Source: Scenedesmus sp. PABB004 | Taxonomy: Eukaryota | NCBI GenBank assembly: GCA_014905635.1 | Contig: JABVCE010000003.1 | Coordinates: 1-64,000, forward strand | Direction of reading: 5' to 3' | Length of the DNA: 64,000 nt | Shown here: piece after piece, positions 21,163 through 32,000 of the stretch | Position numbering within the stretch: the stretch's first letter is position 1 | How the letters are laid out: every line of letters begins with the position of its first letter | Program-made: the position numbers and the translations under genes | The notes under the pieces: generated by a model | What the model was told of the DNA's origin: nothing | What the model saw: the letters and a program-made list of their open reading frames with translations, nothing else | Database searches by the model: none

Positions 21163-23663
21163 TCAACTGCCCCACAGCCCCTGCAGCAGCTCGACTGCGG
21201 GCGTGACCTTCTGCGCCTTGGTGCGGCGGTCGTAGGTGCCGCGCTGCATGGCGAGGCTGTGGCCCATGTACATTGCCAGTGCCTCCATCTCCGCCTCGCT
21301 CGTGCCCTGCTGCCTGCAGCATGGCGAGGCACGCGGCGCGAGCGGTGCGTGCGCGCTGCAGCCAGGCCAGGCCGAGCCGGGCCGGTGCGCCGCGGGCGGG
21401 CGGTCCGCGCGCGCAGACCGCGGCGGCGGCGCGGCGGTCCCACCTGAGGTGCGTGACGATCATGTCGCGCACGAGGTGCGGGTGCGTGGCCTTGCCCGTG
21501 AGGCGCAGCGCGGCCTGCTTGAAGGTGTAGTACACCGCGTTCTCGTCCATGGCCGCCCCGCTGCGCGGCTTGACAAAGAGGCGCGGGCTGGCGGGGCGCA
21601 GCTCGACGCGCCAGGTGTGGATGAAGGCCTCCAGCTCGGGGTAGATGAACGGCGCGATCACCAGCGCGGGGCGGTCACCGTACTGCTTGCCCGTCTTGTA
21701 GTCGCCCGGGCCGTGCTTGATCACCCACGCGCCGTCTGCGCGGCGCAGCAGCGTGCGGCCCACCTCGAGCTCGCGCAGCGTGCGCTGGCGGTCGGGCACC
21801 ACGCTGAGGATGGCGACGATGAGGTAGCGCTGCAGCGACGCGGCGACCTCGCTCCGCGCGCGCGGCTTGCCGCCGGGCGTCAGCCCTGCCGGCGCGGCAC
21901 GGTGCGGCACGGCACGGCACGGTGCGGCGCGGCGCGGCGCGCCTCGGCGGCAGGGCGGCGGCGGCCGCCGCCGGACGCGCCCGCGCGCGCTGCCAGGCGG
22001 GGGGCGGTGCCGCCCCCGCGCGCGGCGCGCGGGCCCGCCGCCCCGGCCTCACCTGCGCACTCGGCGCGCAGCGCACGCACCATGCCCTGGAACTCGCCCC
22101 ACTCCAGCCACTTGAGCGACTCGTCCATCACGCGCGGCGCCTTGTCGGCCGCCTTCTGGGCGCCGCGCTGCATGGCAACGAGCTCGGCCACCACCTCGAC
22201 GTCGTGGTACGGCCGGGCCTTGGAGTCGCCCAGCGGCTGCAGCGCGCGGCGCGGCGCAGGGGAGGGGTGATGTGGCCCACGGCCGCGCGTGCCGGCTGGG
22301 GCCCTGAACGCGCGCGGTTCGCGCGCAGGCCAGGCGGCCGCTTGCCTGCGCCAGGTCGTGGTAGAGGAAGCGCGCCACGTGCACGGCGGCCTTGATCGGC
22401 AGCGTGGCGGTGCGGGCGGCGGTGCCACGCGTGGTCTCGCGCCAGCGCTGGTAGTCGAGCAGCAGGCTCACGCCCTCGCGCCCCGAGCTCGGCAGCAGCG
22501 TGCGCAGGCTGAGCTGCTCCAGCGGCACGCCGCGCACGCGGTGTACGTAGCCCAGCATCAGCCTGCGGCGCGGGGACGCTCAGCGGCGGCGGCGGCGGCG
22601 GCCATTGCGAGGTGCGCAGCGAGCTGAGCCCCATGCCGGACGCGCGCTGCTGCAGCGGCGGCCTCACTTGACGTAGTGCGCGGTGACGGTGCGGAAGGTC
22701 ACCGGCTGCAGCGGCTGCGCAAGCTGCCCGTAGAAGCACGACGTGGAGAAGCGCTCCAGCTCTGCCAGCTCGGCCCGCAGCGCGGGCGTCATCTCCGAGT
22801 CCTGCGTTGGGCCGGCGGCGGCGCTGTGGCGAGCGAGCGCGGCACGGGCCGGGGCGGCGCACGCGCGCCAGCAGCACTGCGGCCGGGGCTGCCCGCACCT
22901 TCAAGCTGTAAGACGCCCTGCTCTGCAGCGGTGTAACGCGCACGCTGGTTGCTGGGGCGTTTCTGTCACCCTGGAACAAGCTGGCGACCGCCGGCATGCG
23001 GCGCTGCATGATGTCAGCCGGCAGCGGCGGCTCCGCGGCGCTGGCGGGCAGCACCGACCGCTCCTGCTGCGGCTGGTCAATTTTGCCGCTGCTGCTGCCG
23101 CTGTCGCTGCTGCTGCCTGGAGCTGCTGAGCACTGCAGCTGCTCCCTCATCAGCGCCCACAGCTTGACCGGCACGCCCAGCAGCGACAGCTCCTCCTGCG
23201 CCGCGGCGCGGCGGCGGCGGCGGCTTGGCCACGGCGCGGTGCAGCACGCCCAGCCGCACTTGTCTGGCGGCGCCGCGCACCTGCGTCATCGCTGCCACGT
23301 CGCCTGCCGTCTTGTACCAGTTCTCCTTGAGCCGCCGCACCTGCCGGCGGCGCACGGCGCGGCCGCTCAGCCGCCGACGGCGACCGGCGCGCCAGGTGGC
23401 CCCGCCACGCGTGCGCGGCGCCAGCCGGCGCTGCCGCGCGCACCCACCAGCTCTGCATCTGCCGGGCCGGGCTGCCGGCCGGCCGCCGACAGCGCGGCGG
23501 TCATGGCCTCTGCCAGGTCCGACTGCGGCGTCACGCCCGGCGCTGCTGCGCACGTGCTGCCGCCGCGCCGGCCGCCCGCCTTGCCAGCGTGCCTGGCACG
23601 CGCACATCCGGGCAAGACCTGCACGAGCAGCTGCCGGCCCTGCTGCAGCAGGCGGGCGCGCAT
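21163..23663 (-). CDS. Tyrosine recombinase (phage-integrase superfamily), copy A, 8 exons, putative organelle transit peptide
   Basis: The spliced product has the catalytic set PDRQRTLREL (R), DYKTG (K), PHLVRD (H-x-x-R), MGHS (H) and GTYDRR (Y). N-terminus MRARLLQQGRQLLVQVLPGCARARHAG. TGTAA on the minus strand at 21113-21117. Confidence 0.85.
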
Positions 23664-26600
23664 CGTGCCGCCCGCCGCGGCGGTTGGTTGGCGCCGCCGC
23701 TGCCCCGCGCTCGCGCCCGGCGCGCCACGCAGCCGGCCGCGGCGCGAGTGGGTGAGACGTGAGCTGTATCGCGTGTCACGTCGCGCGAGAGAGCGTCAGG
23801 CCCCGGCGCACAGCGGCAGGGCGGCGTCAGCGGCTCGGCAGCAGGCGCAGCTGCTGGCACGCCGCGGCGCCGGCGCTGGAGCTGCTGGTGCTGCTGGGGC
23901 TGCTGCGAGCGCCGGAGAGAGCGAGGGGCGGTGGCGGCTGCGCGCTCGGCGTGGACTAAGGGAGCTGCGCGGTCACACGACAGCCAGCGCGGCGGTTCAC
24001 GCGCGCAACGCCGCTGCCGGCGCGCACCGGCGGCGCGCCAGCTTCCGCCGCCGCGCCCTCACTCGCCCTGATGCTTGCTGAGCCGCATCATGAGGTCCAC
24101 CGCGGGCGTGACCTTCTGCGCCTTGGTGCGGCGGTCGTAGGTGCCGCGCTGCATGGCGAGGCTGTGGCCCATCAGCAGCGCCAGCGCCTCCATCTCCGCC
24201 TCGCTCGTGCCCTGCTGCCTGCAGCATGGCGAGGCACGCGGCGCGAGCGGTGCGTGCGCGCTGCAGCCAGGCCAGGCCGAGCCGGGCCGGTGCGCCGCGG
24301 GGCGGGCGGTCCGCGCGCGCAGACCGCGGCGGCGGCGCGGCGGTCCCACCTGAGGTGCGTGACGATCATGTCGCGCACGAGGTGCAGGTGCGTGGCCTTG
24401 CCCGTGAGGCGCAGCGCGGCCTGCTTGAAGGTGTAGTACACCGCGTTCTCGTCCATGGCCGCCCCGCTGCGCGGCTTGACAAAGAGGCGCGGGCTGGCGG
24501 GGCGCAGCTCGACGCGCCAGGTGTGGATGAAGGCCTCCAGCTCGGGGTAGATGAACGGCGCGATCACCAGCGCGGGGCGGTCACCGTACTGCTTGCCCGT
24601 CTTGTAGTCGCCCGGGCCGTGCTTGATCACCCACGCGCCGTCTGCGCGGCGCAGCAGCGTGCGGCCCACCTCGAGCTCGCGCAGCGTGCGCTGGCGGTCG
24701 GGCACCACGCTGAGGATGGCGACGATGAGGTAGCGCTGCAGCGACGCGGCGACCTCGCTCCGCGCGCGCGGCTTGCCGCCGGGCGTCAGCCCTGCCGGCG
24801 CGGCACGGTGCGGCACGGCACGGCACGGTGCGGCCCGGCGCGGCGCGCCTCGGCGGCAGGGCGGCGGCGGCCGCCGCCGGACGCGCCCGCGCGCGCTGCC
24901 AGGCGGGGGGCGGTGCCGCCCCCGCGCGCGGCGCGCGGGCCCGCCGCCCCGGCCTCACCTGCGCACTCGGCGCGCAGCGCGCGCACCATGCCCTGGAACT
25001 CACCCCACTCCAGCCACTTGAGCGACTCGTCCGCGACGAGCGGCGCGCCCTTTGCCGACTTGTGGGCGCCGCGCAGCATGTTGGCCAGCTCGGCCACCAC
25101 GCCCAGGTCGCGGTACGGCGGCCGGGCGCCCGGCTGAGGCGCGCGGCGCGGCGCGTCGGCTGGTCAGTCGGGGCGGCGCCGCGCGGCGCCGCACGCCCCG
25201 CGCGCCGCCGCGTGCCGCCGCCGCGCGCGCCTGGCTTGCGTCGTGGTAGAGGAAGCGCGCGAGGGCGATGGCGGCCTTGATCGGCATCAGCGCGCTGCGC
25301 GGCGACGTGCCACGCGTGGTCTCGCGCCAGCGCTGGTAGTCGAGCAGCAGGCTCACGCCCTCGCGCCCCGAGCTCGGCAGCAGCGTGCGCAGGCTGAGCT
25401 GCTCCAGCGGCACGCCGCGCACACGGTGCACGTAGCCCAGCAGGCTCCTGCGGCGGCGGCCAGTGGCACCGGGGCTTGACCACGGCGCGCGCGCAGCTGG
25501 CAGGCCCGCAGGCGGCGCAGCACGGGCGGCCAGCGGCAGGCCGGCCGTCGCCCCTCGCACCGCAGCTCCGAGGCGTAGCAGCTGTAGGAGATTGCCCGCA
25601 GCGGCTCCACGCGCTGGCCATAGAACACACCGCAGCTGAACTGCTGCAGCGCGTCAAACTCAGCCCGCAGCGCGGGCGTGAGCTCCTCTGCCTGCCCCCG
25701 GCGGCGCGGGCGAGGGCGCGGCGGCGCGGGGTGCAGCTCAGAGCCAGAGCAGGGCCCCGACCTGCAAGCAGCCCTGCCCTGCCAGTCGGGCGCTGCGGCG
25801 CGCCGCACCCGCATGCCGTACGCCTGCGCGTACGAGGCCGCGCCCGCCCGCGTCACGCGCACCCCCGACGCCAGCGGCGCAGCGGCGCGCGGCATGCGGC
25901 GCTGCATGATGTCACCCGGCAGGTCGTCCAGGGCGGCCGCCTCAAACAAGGGCCGCTGCGGGCTGGCCGCCGCGGCCGCCGAGGCGGCGGCTGCGCTGCG
26001 AGCCAACACGGCACGTGCGCGCGCCTCCACGGTGGCGGGCCCAGCGGGCTGCTGCATCGGCGGGGGCTCGGCGACCATGGCCTTGATGCTGAACCACAGC
26101 TTGACCGGCACGCCCAGCAGCGACAGCTCCTCCTGCGCCGCGGCGCGGCGGCGGCGGCGGCTTGGCCACGGCGCGGTGCAGCACGCCCAGCCGCACTTGG
26201 TCTGGCGGCGCCGCGCACCTGCGTCATCGCTGCCACGTCGCCTGCCGTCTTGTACCAGTTCTCCTTGAGCCGCCGCACCTGCCGGCGGCGCACGGCGCGG
26301 CCGCTCAGCCGCCGACGGCGACCGGCGCGCCAGGTGGCCCCGCCACGCGTGCGCGGCGCCAGCCGGCGCTGCCGCGCGCACCCACCAGCTCTGCATCTGC
26401 CGGGCCGGGCTGCCGGCCGGCCGCCGACAGCGCGGCGGTCATGGCCTCTGCCAGGTCCGACTGCGGCGTCACGCCCGGCGCTGCTGCGCACGTGCTGCCG
26501 CCGCGCCGGCCGCCCGCCTTGCCAGCGTGCCTGGCACGCGCACATCCGGGCAAGACCTGCACGAGCAGCTGCCGGCCCTGCTGCAGCAGGCGGGCGCGCA

Positions 26601-27010
26601 TCGTGCCGCCCGCCGCGGCGGTTGGTTGGCGCCGCCGCTGCCCCGCGCTCGCGCCCGGCGCGCCACGCAGCCGGCCGCGGCGCGAGTGGGTGAGACGTGA
26701 GCTGTATCGCGTGTCACGTCGCGCGAGAGAGCGTCAGGCCCCGGCGCACAGCGGCAGGGCGGCGTCAGCGGCTCGGCAGCAGGCGAAGCTGCTGGCGCGC
26801 CGCGGCGCCGGCGCTGGAGCTGCTGGAGCTGCTGGGGCTGCTGCGAGCGCCAGGGAGAGCGAGGGCGGTGGCGGCTGCGCGCTCGGCGTGGACGAAGGGA
26901 GCTGGGCGGCCGCGACAGCCAGCGCGGTTCACGCGCGCAACGCCGCCGCCGGCGCGCCCTGGCGGCGCGCCAGCTTCCGCCGCCACGGCCCCACTCGCCC
27001 GGCTGCTTGT
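21190..27010. repeat. Tandem segmental duplication, ~2.94-kb unit containing the recombinase gene and its upstream region
   Basis: 23155-24078 matches 26095-27010, and 21190-22125 matches 24100-25030, including introns. Confidence 0.9.
24059..26601 (-). CDS. Tyrosine recombinase, copy B (tandem paralog), 8 exons
   Basis: Same exon structure and catalytic motifs (LHLVRD, LMGHS, TYDRR). ATG is 2938 bp from the copy A ATG. Ends ...MMRLSKHQGE*. Confidence 0.85.
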
Positions 27011-28103
27011 CTCCCACCTCGAGGTGCTGGCTGCGAGTCGTGGTGAGCCGCCAGCGAGCCGCCACTGCTGCCACACCGCCCGCTGCCGCTCCGCGCGCGA
27101 GCCCTGCTCCGTGCGCGCCGCTGCACATGCTGGCGCGCTGCCGCCCTTCCTGGCCCCGCTGCCGCCCTCGCTGGCAGCTGCTGCCGCCCTCGCTGCCAGC
27201 CGCCCGCCGCTGCCGCTGGCCACCCAGGGCCAGCCTCCGCAGCCAGCAGCCAGCCAGGACCAGCCGCCGCAGCCGCCAGAGCCAGTCGGCGCTGCCGTCG
27301 CTGGCGCCGCCGCAGGCGATCCCGCAGGCGATGCCGCAGGCGATGCTGTCTGTCAGATGCCTGCTGCCTGCCGCCCCTGCTGCTTCTCCCCGCGCGCCTG
27401 CCGCGCTGCAGGGCGCGCGGCCGCTGCGCACACGCCACCCCAGCCAACCGCCGCCTGCTGCTGCTGCGCGCGCCCCCGCCTGTGCCCGGCCGTGTGCCGC
27501 TGTCTCCACCCGCTGCAGCCGCCGCGTCGCGCCTGCCGCCCAGCCCGCCGCAGCTGCAGCCGTCGCTGCAGCCGCCGCAGCTGCAGCCGCCGCAGCTGCA
27601 GCCGTTGCCGCCTCCCACCCCCCTCGCGCCACCGCCGCGACGCGCGTGCGCCCCCGCTGCGCCCCAGGCGCGCGCCGCGCGCGCTGCTGCGCTGCCTGGC
27701 GCCCGCCAGCCGCCGCGCCTGCCGCCCAGCCGCCGCTGCTGCGGCCGCCGAGCCGCCGCTGCGCGCGCGCGCCCCCGCTGCCCGCGGCTGCTGCCAGGCG
27801 CCCGAGCCGCCGCGCCCGCCTGCCGCCCGCCAGCTGCCGCTGCCGCCCGCGCGCCGCGCCTGCGAGCACTACGGGGCGGGGGCGGGGCGGGGGGAGGCCA
27901 ACGACCGCGATTACACGGCCCGGTGCGCGCCGCCCGCGCCCCGTGCCCCCCGCCCGCCCGCCCGCCCGCCCGCCGCCGCGCCGGGGCGGCGCCGCTGCGC
28001 GGCCCTGGCGGCGGCGGGGGCGGCGGCGGCGGCGCGGCGGGCGCGCGCCGCAGCGGCCGCTGCTGCGCGCGCGCGCGCCGCGCCGCCGGCGCGTGCGTCG
28101 CGC

Positions 28104-28682
28104 TCACGCCTCCTTGACCAGCACGCCGCTCTCCGAGGTGTAGATGCCGTCGAGGAACTTGCGGATGTCCTTGTTCTTGACGAGGCACTGCTGGTGGATG
28201 AGCGCGGTGCACTGGCTCACGTTCTCGATGTCGTTGCCCTCGAGGATGAGCTCGTCCTTGACGGCGTCGCTGCGGCGGATGGTCACGCCCGGCTTCATCA
28301 CCACCACGCGCACGCGCTTCTCGCCCAGGAAGTTGCGAATCTCGACCTTGGTGCCCTTGTCCTCGATGTTGATGTTGATGGGGAAGTGGGCGTACACCAG
28401 GCGCATCTTGTACTCGAAGCCCTTGGTCACGCCGGTGATGAGGTTCTGCACGTGGCTGCAGGCCGTCCGGATGGCGGCCAGGCGCTTCTTCTTGCCAAAG
28501 TGGCACTCCACCTTGAGCTTTTTCTCGCCCTCCTCCTCGAACAGGTACATGTCCACAGCCAGGTGGCTGAAGTCGCGCTGCAGCACGCCGCGGGGGCCCT
28601 TCACGCGCACGCGGCGGGCCTTCACCTCGATCGAGACGCCGTCGGGCACCGTCACGGTGCCGTTGCTAATGAGGAGCTTCAT
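28104..28682 (-). CDS. RPL9: 60S ribosomal protein L9 (uL6), intronless CDS
   Basis: [16 protein letters not shown]...[12 protein letters not shown]...[16 protein letters not shown]...[18 protein letters not shown] (minus) at 27911-27915. Confidence 0.97.
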   Translation of the reverse strand: MKLLISNGTVTVPDGVSIEVKARRVRVKGPRGVLQRDFSHLAVDMYLFEEEGEKKLKVECHFGKKKRLAAIRTACSHVQNLITGVTKGFEYKMRLVYAHFPININIEDKGTKVEIRNFLGEKRVRVVVMKPGVTIRRSDAVKDELILEGNDIENVSQCTALIHQQCLVKNKDIRKFLDGIYTSESGVLVKEA

Positions 28683-29050
28683 GGCGCCACACCGTGCGGA
28701 GCGACCTTGCGGCGGCGGCGCGGGAGAGGGCGGGCGGGCGGCGCGGGCGGGCAGAAGGGGGGCGGCGGGCGCGCATGGCGGCCCAGCGCGGTTTAGGCAC
28801 TGCGCTCTGCACACCGGGCGCCCCCGGGGCGCGCGCATGGACGGCCCAGCAGCACAGCGGCACCCCGGCAGCACCGGCGGCAGCCCGGCCCGATCGGCTC
28901 GGGGCGCGGCCATCGCAGCAGGCGGGCCAAGCTCCCAAGCGCCAAGCCCGTGGTGCCCGCGCGGGCCCCTGACGGCCCGCAGTCGCACACCCCGCCGGCC
29001 GGGCGGGCGCCCCAGGCCCACCGCGGCGCGGCAGGGCGCAGGCCAGGGGC

Positions 29051-32000
29051 ATGGCCGAGGAGCAGGGCCCCGCCGCGGGCGCTGAGCGCTTTGCGGGCTA
29101 CAACACCTCCATCGCCGTGGACGAGGAGGATGAGGACGAGCCCACGATGGCGCCCAGGTGCGGCGGGGCGGCCCGGGGGCGCGCCGGCGGGCGCGCGAGT
29201 GCGGCAGCAGCGGCGGCGCGCGCGCGCGGGCGGCGCCCGCGGCGCCGCGCCCGCGCCCGCTTGGGCGGCGCAGCGCCCGATCCCGGCCCGCGCGCCGACG
29301 CCGCCGCCAAACGCGCACGCACGCCCTCTCCCCGCGCAGCGCGGCGCAGCTGCACGCGCTCAAGTACGGCGCGCCCGACCCGGACGGCGACGAGGACGGC
29401 GAGGTGCGCGGCGCCCGCACACGCGGCAGGGAGGGGGGCAGCGCGCCGCGTCCGGCGCGCCGAGCGCAGCCAGCAGCAGCTTGCGGGCGCGCACGCGAGC
29501 AGCAGCAGCGCCAGCAGCGGCGCCAGCAGCGCCAGCAGCGCCAGCAGCAGCAGCAGCGGCGCCGCTCGCGCGGCGCGCGTGGCGGGGCGAGCCCGCCGCA
29601 GCGCTGTTCCGCCGGCCAGCGCCCGCTGCTGACCGCACGCGCGCGCGCCGCTCCCGCGCCGCCGCAGCCGACGGGCTTCACCAAGCCCGGGCGCATCACG
29701 GACCGGGAGGACGACTACAAGAAGCGCCGGCTGGGGCGCATGCTGTCGCCGGAGCGCAACGACGCGTTCCTGAGCGGCGACAAGACGCCCGACGCGCGCG
29801 TGCGCACGTACGCCGACGTCATGCGCGAGCAGATGCTCGCGCGCGAGCAGGCCAACACGCTGCAGAACATCCGCGACAAGCAAAAGGCCGAGGTCGACGC
29901 CGGCGCGGCGGTCGCTGCGGTGCAGGCGGCGGCGGCGGTCGCGGGCGCCGCGGCGGCGGCGGCGGTCGGCCAGAAGCGGCGCAACCGCTGGGACCAGGCG
30001 GCCGACGCCGCCGACGGCAAGCGCGCCAAGGCGGACGGCGGCTCCGACTGGGACGCGGTGGAGGCCACGCCGGCGGCGGTCAACCGCTGGGACGCGACGC
30101 CCGGCGGCGCGCTGGGCGGCGCCACGCCCGGCCCCGCGGCGTGGGACGCCACGCCCGGCGGCGCGCTGGCGGGCGGCAGCAGCAGCAGGTGGGACGCCAC
30201 GCCGGCGGCCTCGCACGGCGTGGACGCCACGCCCAGCGCGCGCCGCAACCGCTGGGACGAGACGCCGGCACCGGTGAGGCGGGGGTGCTCGGCGCGACTG
30301 CGGCGGGACGGGCGGCAGCGGGCGCCCGCGCGGCGGCGCCAGCGGCAGCGGCGGCGGCAGCCGCGGCGACAGCGGCGGCGGCAGCCGCGCGCGCCTCCTG
30401 GCTCACCCGCTGCCCTCCCCGCGCGCGCAGGACATGGGGCTCGGCGCCACGCCCGCTGGCGACAAGAAGCGCTCGCGCTGGGACGAGACGCCCGCGCCCG
30501 GCGCAGCAGCCGCTGCGTACGGCGCGACGCCCTCCGCGGCGGCGCTGGGCGGCGCGTTTGGCGCGACGCCCGCGTTCACGCCCATGGGCGCGGCGGGGCT
30601 GGAGACGCCCGCCGCGGCGGGCATGGTGGGCGCGGGCGGCATGACGCCGGACCAGTGGCACGCCGACAAGGCGGCGCGCGAGATGTACGAGCGCAACCGG
30701 CCGCTGAGCGACGAGGAGCTGGACGCGCTGCTGCCGGGCCCCGAGGCGGGCTACAAGGTCCTGCCGCCGCCGGCGGGCTACGCGCCCATCTACACGCCCG
30801 CGCGCAAGCTCATGGCCACGCCCACACCCAGCATGTTTGGCGGCGCGCCCGGCACGCCCATGTACAGCATCCCCGCGGAGAGCGAGGGCCTGAAGCAGAT
30901 CTATGGCGGCGCGGAGATGCCCGAGGGCCTGCCCGAGCTCAAGCCAGAGGACGAGGCGGTGCGCGCCGCGCCCGCCGCGCCCGCGCGCCGGGCGCCTAGC
31001 CCGCCCGCGCACGCGCGCGCGCGCCGCCGCCGCGCTCCGCTGCGTCCGCCGACGCGCCGGCCCCGCCGCCGGCGCCGGCGCGCGCGCGCAGGCGTTTGGC
31101 AAGCTGCTGCAGGCGGTCGACGAGGCGTCGCTGAGCGCGGAGGAGGCGAAGGAGCGCAAGATCATGAAGCTGCTGCTCAAGGTCAAGAACGGCACGCCGC
31201 CGCAGCGCAAGAGCGCGCTGCGCCAGCTCACCGAGAAGGCGCGCGACTTTGGGGCGAAGGCGCTGTTCGACCAGATCCTGCCGCTGCTCATGACGCCCAC
31301 GCTGGAGGACCAGGAGCGCCACCTGCTCGTCAAGGTCATCGACAGGTGCGCCGCGTGTCGCCGCACCCGCGCGCGCCGCGCGACGCCCGCTCAGCCGCGC
31401 GGGGCGGCCGCGCCGTGCCTGTGCCCGCGCCCGCGCGCCCGCGTCCGACTGACGCCGCCGCCGCCGCCGCCGCTGCGCGCGCCCTGGGCGGCCGCGTCGC
31501 CCAGGATTCTGTACAAGCTGGACGAGCTGGTGCGGCCGTACGTGCACAAGATCCTGGTGGTCATCGAGCCGCTGCTGATCGACGAGGACTACTACGCGCG
31601 CGTGGAGGGGCGGGAGATCATCGCCAACCTCTCCAAGGCCGCGGGCCTGGCCCAGATGATCGCCGCGATGCGCCCCGACATCGACAACATCGATGAGTAC
31701 GTCCGCAACACCACCGCGCGCGCGTTCAGGTGCGGGCGCGGGCGAGGGCGGCCCCCCGCGCGCGCGCACGGCGGCCCGCGCGCGGCGGCGGCGCGACGCC
31801 GCAGCCGGCCGCCCGCGGCGCGGCGGGGCGGCTGCGGCGAGCACGCCACCGCCGGCGCCGCCGCTGACGCGCGGCGCGCCGCGCAGCGTGGTCGCGAGCG
31901 CGCTGGGCATCCCCGCGCTGCTGCCGTTCCTCAAGGCCGTGTGCCTGAGCAAGAAGAGCTGGCAGGCGCGGCACACGGGCATCAAGATCGTGCAGCAGAT

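Noticed and set aside
21163..26601. DIRS or Crypton transposon call for the recombinase genes
   Set aside because: No linked RT/RNase H, terminal repeats or clear element boundaries seen, and the leader looks like a transit peptide. Not fully excluded without a copy-number search.
27010..27900. Ala/Pro/Gln-rich ORFs between recombinase B and RPL9
   Set aside because: Low complexity with no domain or convincing exon structure.
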